From the NCBI GenBank assembly GCA_003104935.1, contig PQAE01000002.1:67527-131526 (forward strand): DNA of 64,000 nucleotides, written 5' to 3'. The DNA is from Parcubacteria group bacterium (lineage in GTDB: Bacteria; Patescibacteriota; Patescibacteriia; UBA1558; GWA2-36-10). The stretch's first letter is position 1; each line of letters begins with the position of its first letter. Positions 17,311 through 28,300 of the stretch are shown one piece after another. The position numbers and the translations under genes were made by a program. Under the pieces are notes generated by a model. The model ran no database searches and was not told the origin of the DNA. It saw only the letters and a program-made list of their open reading frames with translations.

Positions 17311-17802
17311 TTGACCATCGCTCCCCAGGTCTTTATTTTGCGCGGTTTGTCCGGCTCGGGTAAGAGCACCTTGGCTCGACAGCTCAAGGGTAGTTTGCAC
17401 GGCCGCACGGTGATCATCAGCGCCGATGACTACTTTCAGCAGTCAGGAGAATATTGTTTTGACCCGGAAAAACTGGCCGTTGCTCACCGTCAGTGTTATG
17501 AGCGCTTTGTTGAGCTTGTCGACAGCCACCAGTATTCCGTGATCGTGGACAATACCAATAGTAAGCTCTGGCATTATGCAAAGTTTTACTATCTGGCCCG
17601 AGCCGGTAATCTGCCTGTAACCACTCTGGAAATCCCCTGTTTGGATATGGCCACGGTCTACTTCTATCACAGCCGTAGTCGGCACCAGGTGCCTTTGTAT
17701 GTGATGCGGCGGATGTATTTTAGCTGGGAGCATGATTCACGCGCCACTTTGGTGCTCAACCCCTTTAGCTACATCAAAAAGATGAAGCAAATGACCGCCT
17801 AG
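17311..17802 (+). CDS. P-loop NTPase/kinase (AAA_33-like); GC-rich islet gene
   Basis: 163 aa with Walker A (LRGLSGSGKST), a TTG start and a good RBS. About 54% GC against a ~42% background. Confidence 0.55.
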   Translation: MTIAPQVFILRGLSGSGKSTLARQLKGSLHGRTVIISADDYFQQSGEYCFDPEKLAVAHRQCYERFVELVDSHQYSVIVDNTNSKLWHYAKFYYLARAGNLPVTTLEIPCLDMATVYFYHSRSRHQVPLYVMRRMYFSWEHDSRATLVLNPFSYIKKMKQMTA

Positions 17803-17959
17803 AAATTTCTGGGCGGTTTTCGTTTAAAAAAATAGTGTCGTTTTTAAAACAACAAGAAACGTGCCGGCGGAGTCTGTCCTTTAAATACGATAACCTGGTA
17901 AGGGGTTGACGATAACAATATTTTATGTTATCCTCTGGAGGCATTTATTTGCTATAACT

Positions 17960-18325
17960 ATGAAGAAAAATATCCACCCTACCTATTATCCGGATGCCAA
18001 GATTACTTGCGCCTGCGGACACGTCATGACAGTGGGCTCTACGGTCAAGGAAATTCACGTAGAAATTTGTTCCCACTGCCATCCTTTTTATACTGGCAAA
18101 GAAAAATTAGTGGACACGGCCGGCCGAGTAGACAGATTTAAGAAAATGAAAGAACTGCAAAAACACGCTTCGGCCACCAGAAAAGGTAAGGCAGTAAAAA
18201 AACTAAAATCCGCCGAGCGCAAACTAGCCAAAGAAAGAGCTAAAGTCAAAGCGGAAATTTCCGACAATAGTGTTTCCCTGCGGCATCCCGCCAAAAAAAT
18301 TATCAAAAAACCAGGTAAAAAATAG
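17960..18325 (+). CDS. rpmE: 50S ribosomal protein L31 with a Lys-rich C-terminal extension
   Basis: [11 protein letters not shown]...CACGH...[10 protein letters not shown]. The start is set at the internal Met of the track ORF. Confidence 0.85.
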   Translation: MKKNIHPTYYPDAKITCACGHVMTVGSTVKEIHVEICSHCHPFYTGKEKLVDTAGRVDRFKKMKELQKHASATRKGKAVKKLKSAERKLAKERAKVKAEISDNSVSLRHPAKKIIKKPGKK

Positions 18326-18345
18326 CTGGCCTATTTCTATTTAAA

Positions 18346-18378
18346 AAAGCTCTGATAGTGGTCTAACCCGGAGCTTTT
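18346..18378 (+). terminator. rho-independent terminator after rpmE
   Basis: AAAGCTC..GAGCTTTTTTG hairpin followed by a T-run. Confidence 0.45.
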
Positions 18379-18435
18379 TTGTTATAATGACTTTGCCAGC
18401 GGAGCGGGCAAAGTCACCCCGAGCGCAGTCGAGGG

Positions 18436-19506
18436 GTGTCAAGCAAAAAAAATATGAATCAAATAAACCTGGAACAACTAAAAAATAAAGTCAGCGAACT
18501 GGAATCCGCCATGCAAAATCCGGCCAATGTTTCCGACAATCAGACTATGTCTAGACTGGGCAAGGAGTATAACCTGGCCCGGCAGACTTTTGATTTGGCC
18601 AGCGACTTAGAAAAAACCAAAGCCGAGGTGGCGCACCTCAAGGAATCGATGAGCAGCGAAAGAGATGATGAAATGCTGGCTCTGACCATGGAAGAAATAA
18701 ATATGCTGGAAAGTAAAATCCATGATGATAGTGAAAAATTACAGGAGCTGGTCAGTCCCCAAGATCCCGCTGACGAAAAAGATATTATCCTGGAAATCCG
18801 AGCCGGCACCGGCGGTGACGAATCCTCTCTTTTTGCGGCCGACCTCTTCCGGATGTATAGCCGCTTTGCTGAGAAAAATGGATTTAAACTGAAAATTCTT
18901 TCGGTCAGCAAAACCGAGATGGGTGGCTTTAAAGAAATCATCGCCGAGGTGCATGGTGAAAAAGTCTACAAACATTTCAAGTTTGAAAGCGGCGTGCACC
19001 GGGTCCAGAGAGTGCCGGAAACGGAAAAAGCCGGACGTATTCACACCTCAGCCGCTACGGTGGCGGTCATGCCCGAAGCCGAGGAAATCGATTTGAAAAT
19101 CGATCCCAAAGACATCCGCATCGATACTTTTTGTGCTTCCGGACACGGCGGCCAGTCGGTCAATACTACTTACTCCGCTGTCCGCGTCACTCACCTGCCG
19201 ACCGGCACTATAGTCTCCTGTCAGGATGAAAAACAACAGGGTCAAAACAAGGAAAAAGCTCTGGCTATCTTGCGTTCCCGGCTTTTAGCCAAAGCTCAGG
19301 AAGAAAAGGATGCTAAAGAAGCGGCCAACCGCAAAAACCAAGTCGGTACCGGTGACCGCAGTGAAAAAATCCGTACCTATAACTGGCCTCAGGACCGCGT
19401 CACCGACCACCGCATCAAGCTCACTCTGCATAATATCAACACTGTGATGGACGGCGATCTGATGCCGCTCATCAGCGCCCTGTGGAAAGCTCAGCAAGGT
19501 CAATGA
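18436..19506 (+). CDS. prfA: peptide chain release factor 1
   Basis: 356 aa with the GGQ motif and the RF1-type [23 protein letters not shown] region. Confidence 0.9.
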   Translation: MSSKKNMNQINLEQLKNKVSELESAMQNPANVSDNQTMSRLGKEYNLARQTFDLASDLEKTKAEVAHLKESMSSERDDEMLALTMEEINMLESKIHDDSEKLQELVSPQDPADEKDIILEIRAGTGGDESSLFAADLFRMYSRFAEKNGFKLKILSVSKTEMGGFKEIIAEVHGEKVYKHFKFESGVHRVQRVPETEKAGRIHTSAATVAVMPEAEEIDLKIDPKDIRIDTFCASGHGGQSVNTTYSAVRVTHLPTGTIVSCQDEKQQGQNKEKALAILRSRLLAKAQEEKDAKEAANRKNQVGTGDRSEKIRTYNWPQDRVTDHRIKLTLHNINTVMDGDLMPLISALWKAQQGQ

Positions 19507-20339
19507 CCATCAAAAAATTAATTCAAAAATACTCGCCGCAACTTGACCCCAACGAAGTGGATGCGGTCTTGGCTTTGGCTTTGCATAAAAACAAAGAATA
19601 TCTTTACAGAAATCCGGAAAAAAAAATGAGTCGTTCCCAGATCAACGCTTTCAAAAAATATCTGCGCTTGCGACGGGAAAATTATCCCTTGGCTTACTTA
19701 AAAAACTCCAAGGATTTTTATAGTTTAGAATTTAGAGTCAGTCCTCAGACTCTGGTACCACGGCCGGAAACCGAGCTGTTGGTTGACCAGGCTTTACTGT
19801 ATCTGAAAGGTAAAAAAGAACAAAAAGTGCTCGATATCGGGACCGGCTCGGGCTGTATCATCATCGCTATCGCTAAAAATGCTCCGGACAATATATTTGT
19901 CGCCGGTGATATCTCGGCCGCGGCTCTGCGCGTGGCCAAGACCAATACCCGCAAAAACGGTCTTAAAAATAATATAAAATTTATCAAATCGGATTTACTG
20001 CAAAACATCCCGACCGAAAAATTTAACGTAGTCGTGGCCAACCTCCCCTATCTGATTCCTCAGCAAGTCCATAAACCCACGCTAATCCAAGAAGAATTAA
20101 GTATCAAAAAAGAGCCGATTTTAGCTCTGGTGGGTGGTGCTGACGGATTAAAACACTATGTCAATTTTTTTGCTGATATAAAAAAATATTTGGCTACTCA
20201 ATATCTGATACTGATTGAGATAGACCCTGATCAAAGCCAAAAAATAAAGGAGATTATAAAAAATAACCTCCCCAAAAGTAAAATAGAAATTATCAAAGAC
20301 TTGGCGGGCTGGGATCGAGTGGTAAAAATATATAATTAA
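19503..20339 (+). CDS. prmC: release factor glutamine N5-methyltransferase
   Basis: Follows prfA with an ATGA overlap. Has the SAM motif LDIGTGSGC and an NLPY (NPPY-type) motif. Confidence 0.8.
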   Translation: MTIKKLIQKYSPQLDPNEVDAVLALALHKNKEYLYRNPEKKMSRSQINAFKKYLRLRRENYPLAYLKNSKDFYSLEFRVSPQTLVPRPETELLVDQALLYLKGKKEQKVLDIGTGSGCIIIAIAKNAPDNIFVAGDISAAALRVAKTNTRKNGLKNNIKFIKSDLLQNIPTEKFNVVVANLPYLIPQQVHKPTLIQEELSIKKEPILALVGGADGLKHYVNFFADIKKYLATQYLILIEIDPDQSQKIKEIIKNNLPKSKIEIIKDLAGWDRVVKIYN

Positions 20340-20396
20340 AATTGAAGAGCCCTGTACCGTATGGTGCAGGGCTCTTTTTGATTGTGGCCGATGGTT

Positions 20397-20795
20397 CTAC
20401 CACGACCACAATTTTTTGAGGGCGATCCGACCCTTGCGTCTGTAAGTGCGGTAAAGTGCATAGACCGGGACGTCACTGCGAGACGAAAAATCCTCGTACG
20501 CTTCGTCACTAGAGAAGAAATCGCCGAAAACATCAAACTGATCGTTGATGGTGAAGCCCAAGTGCCAAGTAATTGTCGCTTGAAAGTCAAGGGTGCTGAC
20601 ACCATTAGCGGGATGAAAGGCCATCATAAACAACCAGGCGTCAAGCTGGACCTTATTACCGCGAACAAGCACCGTGAGCTTAATATCCCGTGACTGTCCG
20701 AGTGGCACTGGATCAGTCAACGCCAATTCCAAATCGCGCAGCGAAGGCCCATCAACGATGGGAAGATACTTCAAAACCTTATTGGGCTTAGCCAT
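20397..20795 (-). CDS. hypothetical protein (GC-rich islet)
   Basis: 132-aa ORF with no motif. Local GC is ~52%. Confidence 0.35.
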   Translation of the reverse strand: MAKPNKVLKYLPIVDGPSLRDLELALTDPVPLGQSRDIKLTVLVRGNKVQLDAWLFMMAFHPANGVSTLDFQATITWHLGFTINDQFDVFGDFFSSDEAYEDFSSRSDVPVYALYRTYRRKGRIALKKLWSW

Positions 20796-20944
20796 ACGGC
20801 TAGCTCCTTTTTGATGAACACATGTGCCTGATTAGACGCCGGCACCGCGTCCTTATCCGCCATAGCCCAAGGGACCACGGTGGACGATCCTTCTCATCCG
20901 AGAAGGAACAAAGAATGATAAAACTAAATTGGATTTATGTCAAT

Positions 20945-20974
20945 AAAGCGGCCGCACTGAGTGCGGCCGCTTTT
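20945..20974 (-). terminator. rho-independent terminator downstream of the DUF3048 gene
   Basis: Perfect 13-bp stem AAAGCGGCCGCAC/GTGCGGCCGCTTT with loop TGA. Confidence 0.5.
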
Positions 20975-20997
20975 AAATAACTTATTCCGTAAAAAAA

Positions 20998-22017
20998 TTA
21001 ATATTTAACTTCGTCTAAACTATCCACCACCTGCACCCAAGTTTTTCCAGGCACTAATTTTAATTCCTCTTTTTTATCATTATAGAATAAAGTGCGGCCG
21101 TTATTTTCCCAGCTTCCGCTCTGCACGCCAAATTTATTAAAGATGAGGACAGCCCCGCCTTTTTTCACATTCATCTCCCGCCGGCCGAGATTATCTACAA
21201 TTTTTGAGGGTACAATTTGCACAATGATATTATCCGCTCCGGCCTGGTCGCCGCTATCATAGACAAACGGTTGGTCGCCTTGAAAACGCTGATAAACTCC
21301 TATTTTATCATTGTATTTCCAGTCCACTTTATAGATATCGTTATAGTTTATAGTAACATCTTTGATATTTGCTCGCCCTGTAGTAGTTGCTTCTTCAAAA
21401 AGCCAGGAAATTATCATCTGATCTTTTTTTGATAGTCCACGAACCTCTCCTAGGCGTAGCCAACTGGTCTGGGAAGTAAGGACATTATGCGGCGCCTTGA
21501 GTTTTTTTTCTCGCCAAAAATATATTTCACTGACACCAATCTGATCCACATTTTCCAGATTCATCTTCGGTAAGAGCGCCAAAATATCCGGACTGCCGCC
21601 GACATGCAGATAGGCACCGTGATATTCCTCAGCCCAGGAAGCAAAATAGGGACGAGCCGAACGTACCGGACCGACTTTATCTACCTTGGTGTTACTGGAA
21701 TAAATGGCCATCAAACGAGTGATGTTACTTTCGGCCAAAGCTTCGTAGATAATGTCCGCTTGGGACAAACCATATTGCGGACGCACATCCCAACCATTAT
21801 CTACCATTACTGCCACCGGGAAAAAACCAAATTCATTTTCCACGGCTTGGCCGCTGAACGGATTTTTTTTCTCCTCCGGCACCGGACTCGGCAGATGATT
21901 GATTACCGGCTGTGCCGCCGGTTTTTTATTAAAGCCAAAAACCGCTACGCCAATCAAAATAACTGCCGCGAGTACGACAGTTATAGCGACATAGATTTTG
22001 GATCTATGCGATAGCAT
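20998..22017 (-). CDS. DUF3048 domain protein (YerB-like, membrane-anchored/secreted)
   Basis: PVAVMVDNGWDVRPQYGLSQADIIYE... matches the DUF3048 N-terminal signature. The start is moved to MLSHRS, because the track's N-terminal extension overlaps rplY. Confidence 0.7.
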   Translation of the reverse strand: MLSHRSKIYVAITVVLAAVILIGVAVFGFNKKPAAQPVINHLPSPVPEEKKNPFSGQAVENEFGFFPVAVMVDNGWDVRPQYGLSQADIIYEALAESNITRLMAIYSSNTKVDKVGPVRSARPYFASWAEEYHGAYLHVGGSPDILALLPKMNLENVDQIGVSEIYFWREKKLKAPHNVLTSQTSWLRLGEVRGLSKKDQMIISWLFEEATTTGRANIKDVTINYNDIYKVDWKYNDKIGVYQRFQGDQPFVYDSGDQAGADNIIVQIVPSKIVDNLGRREMNVKKGGAVLIFNKFGVQSGSWENNGRTLFYNDKKEELKLVPGKTWVQVVDSLDEVKY

Positions 22018-22027
22018 GAAATAATAT

Positions 22028-22735
22028 TTATTTTTTCTTAGTGTCGGCTGGAGCCGCTTCAGCTTTGCTGTCTTTAGGAGCTTCCGCACCTTCGGCTGGA
22101 GCCGCTTCCGTGCCGGCGTCCGCACCCGGTACGACTTCCGTAGTAGCCGCCGCGGCCGTGGGTTCCTCAATCTTAAATTCTTTGGGCACAACCACGCTGA
22201 CTACCGGATCTCTCGGGTCATTCAAAACCTGCACTCCCAGTTTGGTTTCAATGTCGCCGATCAATACCCCCTGGCCGATCTCGGCTAAGGATGATAAATC
22301 AATCACATATTTACTGGGTAGATTTTCCGGCAGACATTTTACTTTGACCCATTGATTTTTTATGCTTAGCTTAGCGCCTTGTTCTTTGACGGCTTTGGAT
22401 ACGCCAACCAGTTCGATCGGCACCATAGTGGTAAAAGGCTTATCTTTGGATACCGCTAAAAAATCCACATGGCGCAATTTATCAGACACCGGATCCTGTT
22501 GATAACCACGCACAATGGTCATAAAATTATGTCCGTCAACTTTGAGATCAATGATATGGCTGGTACCGGCGCCTTTCATCACTTTTAATAGCTGATTATA
22601 ATCAACATCAATAGTAATCGGTTCGGTGTCCAAACCATAAACCACCGCCGCCACACGGTTATTCTTTATTATATTGGTGAGCAGACTATGTTTACCGATC
22701 TCACGTTTTTTGGCTTCTAATGTAAAATGAGACAT
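22028..22735 (-). CDS. rplY: 50S ribosomal protein L25/general stress protein Ctc with an Ala/Glu/Pro-rich tail
   Basis: N-terminus MSHFTLEAKKREIGKHSLLTNIIKNNRVAAVVYG. Confidence 0.85.
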   Translation of the reverse strand: MSHFTLEAKKREIGKHSLLTNIIKNNRVAAVVYGLDTEPITIDVDYNQLLKVMKGAGTSHIIDLKVDGHNFMTIVRGYQQDPVSDKLRHVDFLAVSKDKPFTTMVPIELVGVSKAVKEQGAKLSIKNQWVKVKCLPENLPSKYVIDLSSLAEIGQGVLIGDIETKLGVQVLNDPRDPVVSVVVPKEFKIEEPTAAAATTEVVPGADAGTEAAPAEGAEAPKDSKAEAAPADTKKK

Positions 22736-22878
22736 ATGCCGTTAGTAATTAACGATTTTTTATATGGTTATTGCTTTATGTCGGCGCTAGTGGTGTAAAT
22801 TTCTAACGGGACATATCTTTTATTGAAAATACAGTGGCTCTATTTAATCATAAAAAAACCATCCCGTCAAGACTGAAA

Positions 22879-23973
22879 CTAGCTATTTCTGATCTGAACG
22901 CTCTGGGCCATGCCTAGGCCCATCAAAACTGCCCATAATGATGAGCCGCCGGCCGAAACTAGAGGTAATGGTATGCCGGTCACCGGCGAAATACCCATAT
23001 TCATGCCCACGTTGATAAATAACTGAACCAACAACATACTAGTCAGACCCAGAACCAGGTAAGAGCCAAAGTCATCCTGGCTTTTTCTAATAATTAGAAA
23101 CAGACGATAAAAAATAAAAACAAAAAGTAGTAAGAAAATAGCGGAGCCTAAAAACCCCAAATCCTCGGCAATAACGGCATAAATAAAATCTGTGCCTGGC
23201 TCAGGCAGAAAACGCAAACTGCTTTGCGAGCCCAAAGCCAATCCCCGGCCCAATACTTGACCGGAACCTACCGCCACCATGGATTGGATGACATTGTAGC
23301 CGCTATGTTTAGGATCGGAACCGGGATTAAAAAAAGTAGTGATGCGGGCCTTTTGATAAGGAGCCAGCAGAAAAAACCAACTTAGCACCGCCACTAGACA
23401 AAAGACTGTCAACATCCACCACAGATACTTTCTCTTCACTCCTGTAAATAGAATCAAAATCACCCAGGTGCCGAACATCACCATGGCCGAGCCTAAATCC
23501 GGCTGAAGTAAGACTAAAAAAATAAAGATAAATGAAAAAAAGGCGGACATAAACAGATAACGAAAAAGCTGAAACTCCCGGGCATGATCGGAAAAAAATT
23601 TAGCCAACCAGATGATCAAAGCCAGCTTGGCGAACTCTACCGGCTGGATATTAAAACCGGCCACAGTCAACCAGCCGGTGGTGCCGCGAAAAGTAGTGCC
23701 GATGATCAGTACGGACGCCAACACTAGGCACGAGACGATAAAAATTAATTTGCTGTAGGTCGACCAGACATTGTAATTTATGCCGGCTACGGCGAAGTAC
23801 AAAACTAAACCGGTCACGGCGAAAAATAATTGTTTTTTAAAAACCAAAAAATCTGAACTGCCGATATTCAGATTTAAGCTATAAAGAATGCTACAACTAA
23901 AAACCAATAAAATAACAACCGCGAAAAATAACAGCCAATCCATTTTTTGCCATCTGGCTAAAAACTTCTTCAT
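22879..23973 (-). CDS. SEDS family cell-wall polymerase (FtsW/RodA)
   Basis: 364 aa with about 10 TM helices and VAVGSGQVLGRGLALGSQ, typical of FtsW/RodA. Confidence 0.85.
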   Translation of the reverse strand: MKKFLARWQKMDWLLFFAVVILLVFSCSILYSLNLNIGSSDFLVFKKQLFFAVTGLVLYFAVAGINYNVWSTYSKLIFIVSCLVLASVLIIGTTFRGTTGWLTVAGFNIQPVEFAKLALIIWLAKFFSDHAREFQLFRYLFMSAFFSFIFIFLVLLQPDLGSAMVMFGTWVILILFTGVKRKYLWWMLTVFCLVAVLSWFFLLAPYQKARITTFFNPGSDPKHSGYNVIQSMVAVGSGQVLGRGLALGSQSSLRFLPEPGTDFIYAVIAEDLGFLGSAIFLLLFVFIFYRLFLIIRKSQDDFGSYLVLGLTSMLLVQLFINVGMNMGISPVTGIPLPLVSAGGSSLWAVLMGLGMAQSVQIRNS

Positions 23974-23997
23974 AAATTAACTCTTTAGCACTGTCAC

Positions 23998-24846
23998 CTA
24001 CTGGCCGGCGGTTTTAAAATTTGACTTATCCAGGCAATTGAGCGCCGGATAAACCAATGCCTTGGAAACGCGTGGCAGGTCACCTAGCCACACTACCTCC
24101 ATGGACCGGCTTTGTAAAGAGTTAAAATTTGGAGTTTGATACTCTTTGACGCCTACAACTTTATCACCGCTCAGTATCACCACCTGCCAACTGACATTCC
24201 AAAAATCATAGAGGGAAATATTTTTGGCTTCCCAACTCACCCGCGGCGAAACCACAAAACTCTTTTTATCAACAGTCTCCCGGGTAACCGGCACATAGAT
24301 AATATTGTTCAGCTCCCAATCAATCACCGGCGCATCATTATCATAATGCCGCCAGCGGACATCGCCTAAAACGACCTTGAGGTCACCCAACGTTTCGCTG
24401 GGGCTATAAGCCGTATGTATCACCACCCGGTCTTCTCCGGGATTAAGAAAACTCTTTTCCTCCGGTAATTCCTGACCATTGGCCACAAATTTGTAGCTAA
24501 ATTCCGGAACCGCCCAGTCAGGGTTCGGATTATTGACGAAAGCGACCAGATCATAACGCCGGTTTCCCAAACTGACAAACTGCGGCGCCGACAAAACAAT
24601 CTCTTGCGGTGCCATTTTTTTATGGTAAGCCGACCAATCAAAGGAACTCTGATTTAGACTACGGGCTAATTGGTTAAAACCGGGACTCTGCAAAAGTTTA
24701 ATCAGGTTAAAAACTACCAGGCCATAGATAACCACGATTACAACCGCAAATAAAACCAGGCCTGCCCGCCGGAAGGTTTCCTTATGGCTGAGAAAAAAAT
24801 AACCACGCTCTAATTCTTTTGGGGTCAAAGGTTGGTAATCATTCAT
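23998..24846 (-). CDS. hypothetical membrane-anchored protein
   Basis: 282 aa with a single N-terminal TM helix and no motifs. Confidence 0.4.
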   Translation of the reverse strand: MNDYQPLTPKELERGYFFLSHKETFRRAGLVLFAVVIVVIYGLVVFNLIKLLQSPGFNQLARSLNQSSFDWSAYHKKMAPQEIVLSAPQFVSLGNRRYDLVAFVNNPNPDWAVPEFSYKFVANGQELPEEKSFLNPGEDRVVIHTAYSPSETLGDLKVVLGDVRWRHYDNDAPVIDWELNNIIYVPVTRETVDKKSFVVSPRVSWEAKNISLYDFWNVSWQVVILSGDKVVGVKEYQTPNFNSLQSRSMEVVWLGDLPRVSKALVYPALNCLDKSNFKTAGQ

Positions 24847-24976
24847 ACATATAAAAAACGGCTAAATATAAAGGGGTCACTTTTATTATACAATAAATAA
24901 CCCAATTAACCAAGATGGCATTTCTCTCCCGGCTATGTTATAATAAGGATGATTTAAAAAAAACTAAAATAAAAAT

Positions 24977-25270
24977 ATGTTAGAAACTTCCAAAGATTTA
25001 TTGTGGCTACTTCTCGGCATATCTATATTCATGATTGCTTGTTTTAGTTCTTGGGTGATCTACCAGATCGGACGCTCGATCAAAGGCATAAATAACATTA
25101 TCCAGAAAGGCCAGAGTATCGCCAACTCGGTCGACCAGGGTGTCAAGGAACTTAAAGATAAAAGCGGTCATGCCGCCGCCTATATCAGTTTGTTTATAAA
25201 GGGCGGTCTGGAAATATTGAAATCGCTGCAAAACCGCCGGGAAAAAAATAAATCCCGTTCCAAAAAATAA
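24977..25270 (+). CDS. hypothetical small membrane protein
   Basis: 97 aa with one TM helix. Confidence 0.3.
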   Translation: MLETSKDLLWLLLGISIFMIACFSSWVIYQIGRSIKGINNIIQKGQSIANSVDQGVKELKDKSGHAAAYISLFIKGGLEILKSLQNRREKNKSRSKK

Positions 25271-25365
25271 AAACAAAAAATCCTCTGCCGGGGAAAATCC
25301 CGATAAATCTATCCTATCATAAACCATAAGATAAAGGTTATCGGGTTTTATTATCTGTTAAATCC

Positions 25366-28300
25366 ATGCTGGTTCACCTCCATACCCACTCCCACTACTC
25401 TTTACTGGACGGACTGGGCACCATCGACCAACTGGTCAACAAAGCCAAGGCCGACGGAGCCACCGCCCTAGCGCTGACCGATCATGGCGTCATGTACGGC
25501 GCTATTGAGTTTTATAAAAAATGCCGCGAGGCCGGGATCAAGCCCATCATCGGCATGGAAGCCTATATCGCTCCCGGTTCCTTGCACGATAAGAGCTCCC
25601 GGGAAAAACCTTATCACCTGATACTACTAGCCAAAGACAACCAGGGCTACAAAAATCTGATGAAGCTGACCAGCCTGGCCCATTTGGAAGGTTTTTATTA
25701 TAAACCGCGGTTGGACTGGGAAACATTGCGCCAATATTGCCAAGGTCTGATCGCCTCTACCGCCTGCCTAAGCGGACCGCTAGACCGCCATATTATATCC
25801 GGCCAGGAAAAGTCGGCCGAACAAAACTTGGAATTGCTCATAGACATTTTTGGCCGCGATAATCTCTGTTTGGAGTTGCATGTCCGCAATATGCCCGAAC
25901 AAACGATCATTAATCCGGGGCTAAAAAAATTATCGGACAAATACCAAGTGCCGTTAATTGTTACTAATGATATCCATTATGTCCACCAGGACGACGATAA
26001 GGCACAGGATGTTTTACTCTGTATTCAGACAAAAAGTAAACAGTCCGACAAGGACCGCCTGACCTACTTGGGCGAAAATTATTCTATGATGACTGACGCT
26101 AAACTGCGTTCTCTACTTCCGGACTATTCTCAGGCTATAGATAATACCCAAAAAATAGCCGACCGCTGTAATTTGGAAATAGAGCTGGGTAAAATTCAAC
26201 TGCCAAAATACGATTTGCCCGAAGGCGTAACCGCCGAAGCCGAAATGCGCCGCCTGGCTATGGAAGGTCTGCAAAAAAGATTTGGTCTGACCGAAAAAGA
26301 AATACCGGCCAACATCTCCGAACGTCTGGAGTATGAATTATCAATCATAGAAAAGACCGGCTTTGCCGCTTACTTTTTAATCGTGCAGGATTTTGTCAAC
26401 TGGGCCAAACAGCAAAAAATAATTGTCGGACCGGGCCGGGGTTCGGCCGCCGGCAGTTTGGTTTCTTATCTGATCGGCATCACCAATATCGATCCACTCA
26501 AATATAATCTGATCTTTGAAAGATTTTTAAATCCGGACCGTATTTCCATGCCCGATATTGATTTAGACTTTGCCGACAACCGCCGCAATGAAGTGATCGA
26601 ATATGTGGAACAAAAATATGGCAAAGATCACGTCGCCCAGATTATCACTTTTGGAACTATGGCCGCCCGGGCCTCGGTACGCGATGTCGGACGGGTACTG
26701 GGCTACAGCTATGCTTACTGCGACCAGATCGCCAAGATGATTCCGATGTTCAGCTCCCTGGAAGAAGCACTAAAAAATGTTAAAGAATTAAAACAGCTTT
26801 GCGAGGAAGACGCGGAGGCCCAACGCCTGGTTGATATGGCTAGAAAACTGGAGGGCCTGGCCCGGCACAGCTCCACCCATGCCTGTGGCGTACTGATCAC
26901 CAGAGATCCGCTGACTGATTACGTGCCGGTGCAATACGCCAGCTCGGACGATAAAACTGTCATCTCTCAATATTCTCTGCATCCTATCGAGGATCTGGGA
27001 CTGTTAAAAATGGATTTTTTGGGCTTAAAAAATCTGACCATCCTGGAACAGGCCATTGAAATCATCGAAGCCACTAAAAAAATTAAAATTGATATTGATC
27101 TCATACCGCTGGACGATAAAAAAACATTTGAACTCTTGCAAAGAGCCGAGACTACCGGCGTCTTTCAGCTGGAATCGGGCGGTATGAAGCGTTATCTCAA
27201 ACAACTCAAACCCACGGAGCTGGAAGACATCATCGCTATGGTTTCACTTTACCGCCCCGGACCTATAGAGTTTATCCCCGAATACATCGCCGGCAAACAA
27301 GGCACTAAAACTATCGCCTACTTGCATCCCAAACTAGAGCCGATACTCAGCCATACATACGGTATTGCTATTTATCAGGAGCAGATCATGACCATTGCCC
27401 GGGACCTGGCCGGCTTTAGTTACGGTCAGGCCGATGTCTTGCGCAAAGCCGTGGGTAAAAAAATCAAAAAATTATTGGACGAGCAAGAAGAAGCGATGGT
27501 AGCCGGTATGGTCCAAAACGGCATTGACCGCAAAACCGCCAACAAAATCTGGGAGTTTATCATCCCTTTTGCCCGCTATGGTTTCAACCGCTCCCACGCT
27601 ACCTGTTATGCTCTGATCGCCTACCAGACTGCTTATCTGAAGAGTAATTATCCCGAGGCTTTTATGGCCGCCTTACTCACTTCCGACCAGGACAACATCG
27701 ACCGCGTTACTATCGAAATCAACGAGTGCCGCAAGATGGGATTGGAAGTGTTGGCGCCGGATGTCAATGAGAGCTTTAGTAACTTTGCCGTAGTGGAAAG
27801 CCGCGATCCCAAACAAAAAAGTAAAATCCGTTTTGGACTCTGCGCCATTAAAAATGTCGGCAAAAATATCGCCAAAGTAATTATCCGCGAACGCAAAGCC
27901 AACGGACCATACCGATCTATGGAAGATTTTTTGCTACGCATCAAGGATAAAGATCTGAATAAAAAATCCCTGGAAAGTCTGATCAAGGCCGGCGCTTTTG
28001 ATAAGTTTATCAGCCGCGGCGCCGCCCTGGGTAACCTCAATACCATCCTGGAGTATCACAAAAAAATCCAAACTGACCATAAGAGCGGACAAAATAATCT
28101 TTTCTCCGATCTGCCTCTGACCAGTACAGTGATGTCCCTCAAACTGGACGAATATGCCGATGCCAGCGCCGAAAAAAAACTATCCTGGGAAAAAGAACTG
28201 CTCGGCCTCTATATCAGCGACCATCCTTTTAAAAAATACGCCAAACTATTGCCTGACAGCGTTGTCAGTTTAAACGCCTTGCGCCAAAAAAACAATCAGA

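Noticed and set aside
20998-22191. N-terminal extensions of track ORFs (DUF3048 protein, miaB, miaA, thyA, smpB, rpmE, prmC, the LVIVD pilin)
   Set aside because: The extensions overlap upstream genes or promoters, add low-complexity sequence, and are absent from the known family N-termini. Starts were moved to internal Met codons.
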